DNA from: Octopus vulgaris
Taxonomy: Eukaryota
Length of the DNA stretch: 64,000 bases
Direction of reading: 5' to 3'
Assembly (NCBI GenBank): GCA_951406725.2
Contig: OX597816.1
Span: forward strand, 116,188,001-116,252,000
Shown here: one piece after another, positions 41,660 to 53,869 of the stretch
Numbering within the stretch: position 1 is the first letter of the stretch
Layout: the number at the start of each line of letters is the position of its first letter
The notes under the pieces: model-generated
The model's input: the letters and a program-made list of their open reading frames with translations, nothing else
What the model was told of the DNA's origin: nothing
Database searches by the model: none
Program-made: the position numbers and the translations under genes

Positions 41660-42093
41660 CGTAATGCCACCTTCAGTTGAAATTATAAGTCATTAGCTGT
41701 TAAAACTATTCTACAAAGTTTTAGAATAGTAGACGGTGACATCATCTGTTCACTGTTCTGGTGTTACCCACACATACAATCATACGTTAACATATATTCT
41801 TAGTTGTAGTCGGCAATTACTCAATCCAGAACTATGTACTAGCACCCTCATTCAGGAGCAGTCAGCAGTCAGTAGCAGAGATTAGGAGATGAATACAGTA
41901 AGCGTTGATAGACTCCAATACGAGTACTGAATCAGCTAATTAGAATGAACTATGATCATCAGTCACCGGGAAATATATAGAGACTGATAAAGTTTAGACG
42001 CTAGGAAAGCCCTGCGACTGCGAAACAATCATCTGGAAGACCACATACGTGTTCCTCGCATCTGCGAAATTTTAAGTAAAACGATTCCAATAC

Positions 42094-42175
<82 letters not shown>

Positions 42176-42274
42176 GATACGTAGACAGATATATACATAC
42201 ATATATATACATACATACATGCATACATACATAAGAGTGTTAATGTGTTATGACTTAGTAACATCACACAGTGC

Positions 42275-43021
42275 AGGTAAGATGCAGTGGGGTCTTTAGT
42301 CATCGGTCAAGTCACAACAGGGGCCTCAGACAGATAATACTTTCCTTAAGATGTGCACTGTGCCCAATAAGGCTGCTTTTTGCAAGACATCAATCTTGCA
42401 TGGGATTTTCAGTTGCCTTAAGAAGTCTTGAAGTTCCAATGAGATTGAGCCCAACGCTCCGATCAACACTGGTATCACTCTCTCGCATTCCATACAGTTT
42501 TGCCTTTTCCACTTTCAATTCAGAGTGCTTGGTGATATTTTCAACCTCTTTACTCACAACATTCATGTCATTTGGTATGGCTACATCAATGATCTGCAGT
42601 ATTTGTCTCTCTCTTATTCAATATGACAATATCCGGCCGACGGTGTTAGATTACACGGTCCGTCTGAAAATCATAGTCCCAGAGTATCGTTACTTTTCCA
42701 TCCTCCTGCATAACTTTACTTGGTACATGCCCACACCAGTTCTCTGTTACTTCATATTGACATTTACGGCATAAGAGCCAATGAAGATACACACATACTT
42801 TATTGTGGCGGCGTTTGTATCCTCTTTGTGCAAGGCTCTCACACCCACTTACCAAGTGGGTCATTTTTTCCACACTCTTCCCATAAAGTCTACATTTCTG
42901 GGTGTCAGAAGTTTTATAGCTGTTATTCTTCACTGAATTGGTAGCGAGAGCCTGGTCTTGCGCAGCAATGATCAGGCTTTCAGTGGTACTCTTCAAATCA
43001 CCTTGCTCAAGCCAAGCCCAC
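42275..43021 (-). pseudogene. R4/Dong-clade 3' fragment (zinc knuckle + restriction-like endonuclease)
   Basis: ESLIIAAQDQAL, CRL..HLVSGC..YKRRHN, ILWD..QTDR and RRPDIV; abuts (TTA)n. Confidence 0.9.
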
Positions 43022-43023
43022 GA

Positions 43024-43117
<94 letters not shown>

Positions 43118-43119
43118 AT

Positions 43120-43335
43120 TTCTCTTTATCACAAGCTTTGTTGGAGCTCCTAGAGTCTTACAAGCGTAGCCTACGCTACCATGCTATCCACTTCCATCAA
43201 CTATCTTATACTTTCCTGATTATTCTGACCGTGCCAAGCAGGCAAACCTTTTGTGACAGTTCTACTGGGCACTCTATTCCAATTTCCTCAATATTCCCCT
43301 TGATGCCTTCTGGACCCAAAAGTAATTGGCACTAT
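43120..43335 (-). pseudogene. Second R4/Dong extreme 3' end
   Basis: IVPI...QKVCLLGTVRIIRKV* between trinucleotide tracts. Confidence 0.65.
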
Positions 43336-43357
43336 CTTCTTCTTCTTCTTCTTCTTC

Positions 43358-43463
<106 letters not shown>

Positions 43464-43474
43464 CATCATCATTA

Positions 43475-43690
43475 GGGCGGCGAGCTGGCAGAACCGTTAG
43501 CTAGCCGGGCGAAACGCTTAGCGGTATTTCGTTGCCGCTACGTTCTGGGTTCAAATTCCGCCGAGGTCAACTTTACCTTTCATCCTTTAGGGGTCAATAA
43601 AATAAGTACCAATTACGCACTGGGGTAATTGTAATCGAATAGCCCCCTTCCCCAAAAAATTTTAAGGCCTTGTGCCTAGAGTAGAAACAA
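43475..43690 (+). mobile_element. SINE family A monomer
   Basis: ggcggcgagctggcagaaccgttag head, B box, core and tail. Confidence 0.9.
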
Positions 43691-44013
43691 TAATAATAAT
43701 TATTATTATTACTGGGTTCCGTATCTAAGACTGAGCCTGCATTTTGTAATCTTTACTTTTCTTATTATGAAGGAGATAATTTTTTATACCTGCAGAATAT
43801 TTGTTTGCTATTTCTAGTATATCAGCAACCATAGAGGCTGCCGAATTCTATTATAATTGTGTGTGGGAGTGTCTGTGTGCATGTGTATGTGTGAGAGTGT
43901 ATGTGTGAATATACATACAGATACATAGGTTAGATAAGTTTAAACTATATATTTACTATATAATATATATGTATACAAACGCACATACATACATATATAT
44001 ATATATGTGTGTG

Positions 44014-44045
<32 letters not shown>

Positions 44046-44046
44046 C

Positions 44047-44111
<65 letters not shown>

Positions 44112-44136
44112 CATACATATATATCTATATATATAT

Positions 44137-45349
44137 ATATGTTAATAAAATATATGCATATATATAAACATATATGTACGTACCTACCTCTACATGTACA
44201 TATACACGCATATATGTGTACAGGACACCAAAAGGACGTCGAACACATAGAGAGACGAAAAACATAGACACAAACCAAAGAACAAGACAAGCAAAAAAAG
44301 GAAATACAGGACAATAAGCACAACGAAAAATCCCCTTCTTCAGTCGCTAAAGTTTCATCTACTAAACGTTTCGAAGGATAAAAGCGAGACGTATACTTCG
44401 AATGAAAAATTCCTTCCCGCGAAAAGCAAATCAATTAAAATTCTGAGATCTTGTCGCAGAGGGGTAAAAAAAAAAGGCAAGACGGTAACGACAGTACAAA
44501 CATATAAACAGTAAAAAATATATATATAAACAGTGGAAAAATAAATATATAACAGTGAGAGACAGGACAAGGAGAACAAGATAAGAAGGGCTGTTAACGC
44601 CAGACGAAAAAAGTATTGCAAACGCTGGATTATAGTGGACGACGAGAGAGGAAGATGTCGACCAGTGGCCTTAGAAGGCAGGCGAAAAAGGACGGGATAG
44701 CAGTTACGACGGAAGTACGTCGCAGATGGACGACGGGAATGGGGGAGGAGGAGCAAGAGGAAGAGAGAGAAGAAGGGGAATGGTGCGAGGAGACCATGAA
44801 GAACAGTGAGGGGGAGAGAGAGAGGAAGAGACAAGTTAAGTGAGGAAAAAAAGACGAAAAAGGGAATGGGAGAGAAAGAAAGAAAGATGCAGAGTCGCGT
44901 GAGAGTTAATATCAAGGCGAACTTGATAAACAGAACAATCTTACTTAATAGGGTGCGTGCGTTTAGTCGTATAATATGTTAATAAAATATATGCATATAT
45001 ATAAACATATATGTACGTACCTACCTCTACATGTACATATACACGCATATATGTGTACAGGACACCAAAAGGACGTCGAACACATAGAGAGACGAAAAAC
45101 ATAGACACAAACCAAGGAACAAGACAAGCAAAAAAAGGAAATACAGGACAATAAGCACAACGAAAAATCCCCTTCTTCAGTCGCTAAAGTTTCATCTACT
45201 AAACGTTTCGAAGGATAAAAGCGAGACGTATACTTCGAATGAAAAATTCCTTCCCGCGAAAAGCAAATCAATTAAAATTCTGAGATCTTGTCGCAGAGGG
45301 GTAAAAAAAAAAGGCAAGACGGTAACGACAGTACAAACATATAAACAGT

Positions 45350-45355
<6 letters not shown>
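44137..45355 (-). mobile_element. Non-coding element with two ~380-bp direct repeats (pLTR-internal-pLTR, period 837 nt)
   Basis: 44137-44520 is nearly identical to 44974-45355; purine-rich spacer; (TA)n flanks; strand inferred from ribozyme-like motif. Confidence 0.7.
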
Positions 45356-45404
<49 letters not shown>

Positions 45405-46147
45405 GTGTGTGTGTACATGTATGGATGTATATTAAAAACATTTCGAGAAGGTACCGGCGGTAGGTAAATAGAAAATATATCACTTATACCTCCCATTGCA
45501 AATCGACAACTTAACTAAAATAATTTCCATTTCCATAATTTTTCTTTCCTTTCAAGAAATCTTTCTCACTAAGTGGCGATGATGTTGATGACTATGCTGT
45601 GTTCAGGAGACAAAAAAAGGAAACGTAACAACAGAATATACATAAGATTACATTTGATTTAAGATACATATAGATATATACACCAACCACAGATTCAAAG
45701 GCATAAACCTTCTTCATTCGTGATAGAGAAACGGAATTTTAAAAGGAGGAAAGACTTGCTAGATGTTATCAGATAACCGTGGGAGGTACAATGGTAACAA
45801 GTGTGAACAGAGAATGTACTGTGCTGTATAATATTGCTGGCTGTTAAACGAAGCTGTAAAAGGTAATGAGAAAGAGAGAGGGAGAGAGGGAGAGAGAGAG
45901 AGGTAGATAGCTCTACAGGGAAATAGAGATAGACTAGCAGAAGAGATACAGAGAAAGAGAGAGGTGGGGATGTTTCAGAACACAAAGGTTGAATGACTGA
46001 GTACAGTAAATGTAAACATTAGAAATATGTATATAAGAGTACACACACGCACAGACACTCGCGAACACGTGCAGACATATATACACACTCAAACATACAC
46101 TCACACATTTTCACGCATAATATGTTTACAAACAATGCATACATATA

Positions 46148-46208
<61 letters not shown>

Positions 46209-46339
46209 TAGATAAATAGATAGATAGATTTACACATATATGTAAATGTTTATATATATATATATATATGATGTTTCATATATATATATATATATATATA
46301 ATGAGTACTGTTTCAATCTCATTCTGAGATTTAATAATG

Positions 46340-46401
<62 letters not shown>

Positions 46402-46539
46402 AGAGAGAGAGAGATAGAGAGAAAGATGCTTGTATGTATTTATATATATATTCACACACACACACATAAATATATAGATGTTAATGTATATATTAACAAA
46501 CACACACACCCACTACATATGAATATATACATATATATT

Positions 46540-46680
46540 CTTTTATTCTATTTGTTTAAAACAAATTGAACCCAGAACTTATTCTTTGTAACATTAACAT
46601 CTATATATTTTGCCGAGGCGCTAATATACTGGGACGTAAACACAACAACATCGGTTCTCAAGCGATGGTGGTAGGAACAA

Positions 46681-46737
<57 letters not shown>

Positions 46738-46965
46738 CATATATATATATGTCTGTGTTTGTCCCTACACATATGTGTATGTATATATATATATATATAT
46801 ATACGACGGGCTTCTTTCAGTTTCTGTCTACCAAATCCACTCACAAGGCTTTGGTCGGCCCGAAGCTGTACTAGAATACACTTGACCAAGGTGCCACGCA
46901 GTAGGACTGAACCCGGAACCATGTGCTTGGTAAGCAAGCTACTTACCACATAGCCACTCCTGCGG
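46540..46965 (-). mobile_element. SINE family B
   Basis: Head accacatagccactcctgcg and family B body with expanded internal microsatellite. Confidence 0.85.
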
Positions 46966-47043
46966 CTATGAATATAGATGAATATACATATATAAATTGA
47001 CATAATTACATATGATTGATTGATTGATTGATTCTAGTTTCAG

Positions 47044-47143
<100 letters not shown>

Positions 47144-47471
47144 CAAAATATATGACATCCCAAAATCCGAGATTCGGGTACGTGATTCACAAACATAGCC
47201 CCAGAGTTTAAGTTCACTGTGGGCAATAAACAAATAAATATTTGTGGATATATATATATATATATATTTGTGTGTGTGTGTGTGTGTGTGTCTGTGTGTA
47301 TCTGCATATGTGTTCCAAGTATGTATATATCGATATATGCGTGTTTGTAGTCGTATGTATGCATATATGTATGTATGCAGACAGGCATGTATATCATTAT
47401 ACAAAAGGATCTAATAAAAATACAAATAACAATTTAGTTTGGTCTATATATATAAATATACAGTATATATA

Positions 47472-47765
47472 CTCTTTTACTCTTTTACTTGTTTCAGTCA
47501 TTTGACTGCGGCCATGCTGGAGCACCGCCTTTAGTCGAGCAAATCGACCCCGGGACTTATTCTTTGTAAACCCAGTACTTATTCTATCGGTCTCTTTTGC
47601 CGAACCGCTAAGTGACGGGGACGTAAGCACACCAGCATCGGTTGTCAAGCAATGCTGGGGGCAGGGACAAACACACACACACACATACATATGCATACAT
47701 ATATATATATATACATATATACGACAGGCTTCTTTCAGTTTCCGTCTACCAAATCCACTCAGAAG
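47472..47765 (-). mobile_element. SINE family B, 3' part
   Basis: Near-consensus tail and body. Confidence 0.9.
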
Positions 47766-47868
47766 GCATTGTATGTATGTATGTATGATTGTATGTATAT
47801 GAATATAGAGAAAGAAAGAAGGGAAAATTAAATTAATAAGTATACTAATAAATGTTTATATATATGAG

Positions 47869-47929
<61 letters not shown>

Positions 47930-48007
47930 GGAGAGAGAGAGCGATTGAGAGAGTGAGAGAGCCTTAAACATTCTAAATAATAAAAGTTTAATATATTTCC
48001 ATGCATT

Positions 48008-48059
<52 letters not shown>

Positions 48060-48065
48060 GTGTGT

Positions 48066-48120
<55 letters not shown>

Positions 48121-48826
48121 TATATATATATGTATTAAAAAATCTTAGGGTAGCAAACACTATTTTTTTATATATATATTACATATGTATGTATACGTCT
48201 ATATATGTGTGTACGTTTGTCTGTCTGTACAGAAATAGACAAAATGAACGAAATGATATATATATTTATATATAGATGTGTGTGTGCTTGAGTGTGTGAG
48301 TGAACGTGTATGTGTGTACATATCATATACATATAATACATACATAGGTCATTTTGTGAAAATATCTTCTGTAAATGTATACGGGCATTATATACAGATA
48401 TATACACACTTTCCACCCACCCACCCTTTCTCTGTCTCTCTCTCTCTTTCTCACTGTGTCTTGGTCTTTCTCTCTCTCTACTTATGTATCTGTCCATTTT
48501 CGTATATACAGGTAGACACACACACACACATATATATGTATGTACTTATGTACCTATGTATGTATGCATATATTTTGCACACAGCAAATTAGCATCAGAT
48601 TCCACAAACAGTAAACTTTATATGAAGAAGAGACACGGTATATATAGAGAGAGGTATGTTCCTGTCTTTCTATACCTGCTTGCATGTCTATAGAATTGCT
48701 TATCTATCTAGTCAATATCCTTCTACATCTCAGTCTCTAGACCTATCAGTTTTTCAACCCTTCTCTCACTATGAGTGAATGTGTGGGCTAATTCATTTCT
48801 ATCTATGCCTGCCTATTTGTGTCTTT

Positions 48827-48882
<56 letters not shown>

Positions 48883-48965
48883 ATCTATATATATATCAAT
48901 CTCTCTCTCTCTATATATATATATGTATGTATACATATATATGTGTGTGTATATATATGTATGTG

Positions 48966-49044
<79 letters not shown>

Positions 49045-49278
49045 GCGTGTGTGTGTTTGTTTCCCCACCATCAATTGACAACCAGTTTTTAAGTCTCCTA
49101 ATGTTGTGATTCGGCAAAAGACCCGATTGAATAAGTACCAGGCTAAATAAATCCTGGAGTCAATTTGACCGACTAAACGTGGTGCTCCAGAATGGCCGCA
49201 TTCAAATGAATGAAATAAGTAAATATATATATATATTCATATGGATATATGTAAAAATTACACACATATATATATATT

Positions 49279-49412
49279 ATTTCTTTATTGCCCACAAGGG
49301 GCTAAACATAGAGGAGACAAACAAAGACAGACAAACAGATTAAGTCGATTACATCGACCCCAGTGCGTAACTGGTACTTAATTTATCGACCCCGAAAGGA
49401 TGAAAGGCAAAG
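49279..49412 (-). mobile_element. 5'-truncated family A SINE ending in the Tx1-like tail
   Basis: Core followed on the minus strand by ...tgtgggcaataaagaaat and then (TA)n. Confidence 0.85.
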
Positions 49413-49929
49413 CCATATAATACGTATTTCCTTACACACACAAACATACACAAACAAACAAATATTCAGGGAGCCAAAATTTTTTTAAGGTAAATTATTT
49501 AAGGATTAGTGAAAAATTATTCAATTTTTTCAGAAAAAAATCATATCGGAATATCGACAAAGTTAAATTTATATATATTTATTAATATATATGTATGTAT
49601 ATATGTAACATATATATATATAAAACATATATTTATATATTTTATATATTATATGTTATATATATTGTAAATGTAACGTGTATGTAAGTATATATATATA
49701 TATAGCGTGTATGTATATATATACATATATAAGAATACATCTACCCATCTATCTATGTATATATATGTATATATATTTATATATACGCATATATAAAAAT
49801 ACATATATTTATGTGTGTGTGTGTATATATATATATATATAAATACTAATATTGATACATATTCATGTGTTTATATATATGTGTGTGTGTATTTATGTAT
49901 AACTATAGAGATAAACTCACACGCACGCA

Positions 49930-50000
<71 letters not shown>

Positions 50001-50479
50001 ATTTTTCTGTCTGTCTTAATATATAAATAATGTACGGTATGTACTTAAAATATAAAAATATATATTTATTTACACATAATACTCTCCGATACACACATAC
50101 ATATATATACACACGCCAACATGTGTGTGTTTGTGTGTGTGTATGTGTGTGTGTGTGTTTGTGTGTGTGTGCATTTTCGAACGTTTCTGCTACTCACCTT
50201 TTACACACGTTTGTGCAATCATTGAGATTAGGCACAAACTCGATGGCAATATGAATTGAAAGTTAATGAATCAACAGAGTCATGACCATAAAGTTTCAAA
50301 ACTTTCACAAAATCCGGCTAAGTTGACAAATTTTAAACTTGGGAAACAGTTTTATCATCAAAATTACTATACGCACCTATTTAAATACCTATTAATCGTT
50401 TTCGGTTTCCTCCTCACTCTCATTCCCTCTTTACTCTCTCTCTCTCTCTCTCTCTCTCCCTATGTATGTATCTATCTCC

Positions 50480-50539
<60 letters not shown>

Positions 50540-50558
50540 GCGCATACACACACACACA

Positions 50559-50606
<48 letters not shown>

Positions 50607-50620
50607 GACATATATAGATG

Positions 50621-52200
50621 TTTCTTTATTAGCCACACAGGGCTGCACACAGACAGGACAAATTACAAGGTAGAGCTTTTATATTGGGTATAAAAAAAGG
50701 GGGTTTGGTTTTCGATCAAAAGGGATCGTAAAGGGAAAGAAAGAGGACAAAAAAAGGGGGAAATAAATTTTTTTTTTAAAAAGGTGGGGAAAGGGGAAGA
50801 AAAAAATTGATCAATAGGGATCGTTATCACAGAAATGTCAATATGAAGTGTAAAGGGGAGGACAGGTGAGGTTTACCCGTGGAAAGAAAAGCCTACGGAA
50901 AAGACCACGGTAACCTCGGTCATAGAAGTCACATGTTATATTTCTTTTTTCTTTTTTGCAAATAAGCAACTCTCTGTATTAATTTTTACGGTTCATAGAA
51001 TCATAGTCAAGGTGGCTTCGTCATTCATACGTGCCATCCTTGCTACATTCACCCATCTTTTTTTAAAACATTCACTAGACAAAACTTGCCTCTCTACTCT
51101 CACTTTCCTCTTCAAGTGATACTTGAAGAAGTTGATGAGAGATTGACCAGAGAGGAAAATGTTTGTCTCTAATCCTTTCAGGCGCGTCCACCAGATACAT
51201 TCCTTCGCCATAGCCACAAGTATGATAAAAATAGCTCTTCCTTCCCGTTTAAAGGAAGGAGGCGTGACGATATTAACGATAGACTCGGCTGATAAACCGA
51301 CACGTCCCACACGTGACAGCAGTCGTTCGACATAAGCCCACAGGTCGGAAATTGCTGGACACTGCACGATTGCATGCAGAGCGGTTTCGTCGCTCTGCCC
51401 GCATCTCGGGCAGGTCGGCCCCGTGTTTCTTGACCCATGCCTATAGAGTTTATCCCGAACGGGTAGCGCTTCTCGGTAGCACCGCCAGGCCAGGGATCTC
51501 TGGAAGTTGTCCATAGGTCCCGGCCCGAAAGTCGTTTCAAACAGGCGGGTCAGGTATTCCTTGTCGACGCCCAGGTTCGCCCCAAGATCGTCATCGTACC
51601 TCCCCTCCACTAATCCCCTATAGAATGCTTTGGTTGTGTTGAAGTCACCCAAGGTCGACCCGGGATGGCAGAGTTGCTTGAGAGCAACGCGACACTCGCG
51701 GTGCCATTCGCCCTTCCTCGGCCTCTTTTTGATCCACGACTGCAGTTCGGTCATGGAGACGAGCTGCGGGAACTCGTGCCTCACAAACGGCGACCACGCC
51801 TGTTCACCGTCGTCTACATAGAGCCGGAGATGTAGCAGTCTCAGCGCGTGTCTGCGCATCATCAACCATGGCATGCCCAGCCCTCCTTTTAACGGGTGAC
51901 GACAGCAAATGGATCGCCTGACCATCGGCACGCATCCTTTCCACAAGAAGCGGAAGAGAATGCGTTCTAGTTTGGTGATGGTAAGGTCGGGACAAGGTAC
52001 GACGGTCAGGCGGTAGTAGATGATGGACGCGATGCACGTGTTCGCCACCTCCGCCCGACCTTTTAGGGACAGTTTCCTTTCGGCCCATTGCCGGGCGAGA
52101 GTGACCACCCTACTCGTTATCTCGTTCCAGTTCTTCTCCATTTGGAGGTCCGGACCGAACCAGACCCCGAGCAACTCAACCGGGCCGTCCGTCCAGCGTT
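50621..52200 (-). mobile_element. L1-clade (Tx1-like) LINE, 5'-truncated
   Basis: Open ORF2 C-terminus, T-rich 3' UTR ending AATAAAGAAA, possible TSD TATAGAT at 50613 and 52201. Confidence 0.9.
50993..52200 (-). CDS. LINE ORF2 C-terminal part (RT thumb + CCHC zinc knuckle)
   Basis: LLGVWF, W..RKLSLKGR..VAN, FLW, GGLGMP and CPRCGQSDETALHAIVQC; the first ~50 aa of the tracked ORF are (TATC)n and flank read-through. Confidence 0.9.
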
Positions 52201-52201
52201 T

Positions 52202-52302
<101 letters not shown>

Positions 52303-52417
52303 CGTGTGTGAGCGCGTATATTGTATCTTTGTTAGTATTTAACCATGAGACCATGCATCCTTATATCTTTGCATTTAACAATGTCATGTTTTCAATCTCT
52401 CTGGTTCCCACTGTACA

Positions 52418-52483
<66 letters not shown>

Positions 52484-52542
52484 AAATTGGACAAGAACGC
52501 AAAACATCCGGACAACTAGGTGATACAAAAAGGGACAACAAA

Positions 52543-52611
<69 letters not shown>

Positions 52612-52921
52612 GAACCACCCAGCGAACACCCACCATGGGTCATCACAATTGCTTAAGGTAAAAATGAATTCCTCGCTCTTTCGGAAACATCAATCTTCTG
52701 TATTGACTGCTTTCCACCACTTTGATCTGTTTTTTGTATTGAATACGTATCGCCACCGTGGGCCACTGCATCGAACACTTTGAACATATAGCATGAATGA
52801 ACTTACTTCAAACTATATTTCAACTATACATGAACTCTAAGATGTCTGACTCCGTTGTGTATTATAAATGAATTTCTTGTGTTTGACGGCATGAGCTGTC
52901 TTTTTTTATATATAACTTTTT

Positions 52922-52956
52922 TTGATAAGGTTCATTTCAGGAACTGAAACATGTTA
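52922..52956 (+). ncRNA. Hammerhead-like motif, U3-A8 variant, stem I poorly formed
   Basis: UUGAUAA GGUUC-AUUUCAG-GAACU GAAA CAUG UUA; palindromic AACAUGUU; (TA)n about 70 nt downstream. Confidence 0.55.
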
Positions 52957-53432
52957 TAATGTATATATAAAAATTAAAAATTGTATAATATAGCACCATT
53001 TTCGAACTTCATTTTTTACAAATATATATATATATATATATATACATATATATAGCGTTTCTACAAGTGCAAAGACACAATCTCTCAACTAGAACGCTTA
53101 AATAAAGAAACTTTTTCATTGAAAAATACAAAATGCGTCTGAATAAGCACGGATAACCAATTTTTATATTTTTACATATTACATCACTGTACATAAATCC
53201 GCTACTAAACAAGGCCCCCTTTTTTAAACCTGTCTCCTTTCTGTACACATATTTTCCCCACCCAAAACCTAAACAGTTATCTCCCTTACAGACAACAATA
53301 ACAATAATAACAACCAATTACCTTCCTTTACTTGTCAACTTGTAAAATCATTCACTCATGAATCTCATTATAAACAACATAGACCCATTTTCTTCTTAAG
53401 AAAAAATATATTTTCATATAAATTAAACATTA

Positions 53433-53465
53433 TATCATGAATAGCGATTGCGAAACCGGTCGATA
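53433..53465 (+). ncRNA. Minimal hammerhead motif, A3-U8 variant
   Basis: UAUC AUGAAUA GC-GAUU-GC GAAA CCG GUC GAUA. Confidence 0.7.
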
Positions 53466-53481
53466 CATTAAAAATTATACT

Positions 53482-53869
53482 GGACGGAAGCACTCCGTCG
53501 GTTACGACGACGAGGGTTCCGGTTGATCCGATCAACGGAACAGCCTGCTCGTGAAATTAACGTGTAAGTGGCTGAGCACTCCACAGACACGTATACCCTT
53601 AACGTAGTTCTCGGGGATATTCAGCGTGACACAGAGAGTGACAAGGCCGGCCCTTTGAAATACAGGTACAACAGAAACAGGAAGGAAGTAAAAGTGAGAG
53701 AAAGTTGTGGTGAAAGAGTACAGCAGGGATCACCACCATCCTTGCCGGAGCCTCGTGGAGCTTTAGGTGTTTTCGCTCAATAAACACTCACAACGCCCGG
53801 TCTGGGAATCGAAACCGCGATCCTACGACCGCGAGTCCGCTGCCCTAACCACTGGGCCATTGCGCCTCC
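53482..53869 (-). mobile_element. Full-length tRNA-derived SINE resembling the octopus OK/OR type (family C)
   Basis: Head GGAGGCGCAATGGCCCAGTGGTTAGGGCAGCGG...GGTTTCGATTCCC with A and B boxes; 13-bp TSD TAAAAATTATACT at 53469 and 53870; family name recalled, not searched. Confidence 0.9.

Noticed and set aside
41981-42035. CUGAUAA...GAAAC motif
   Set aside because: C3/A8 mismatch and no convincing stems
45693-45720. Minus-strand AUGAAGA AGG..CCUU UGAAUC hammerhead-like motif
   Set aside because: The 3-8 pair is mismatched and GAAA and the cleavage triplet are degenerate; at best a decayed copy
53795-53869. tRNA gene
   Set aside because: The tRNA-like part is the head of a TSD-flanked SINE and does not close a proper acceptor stem
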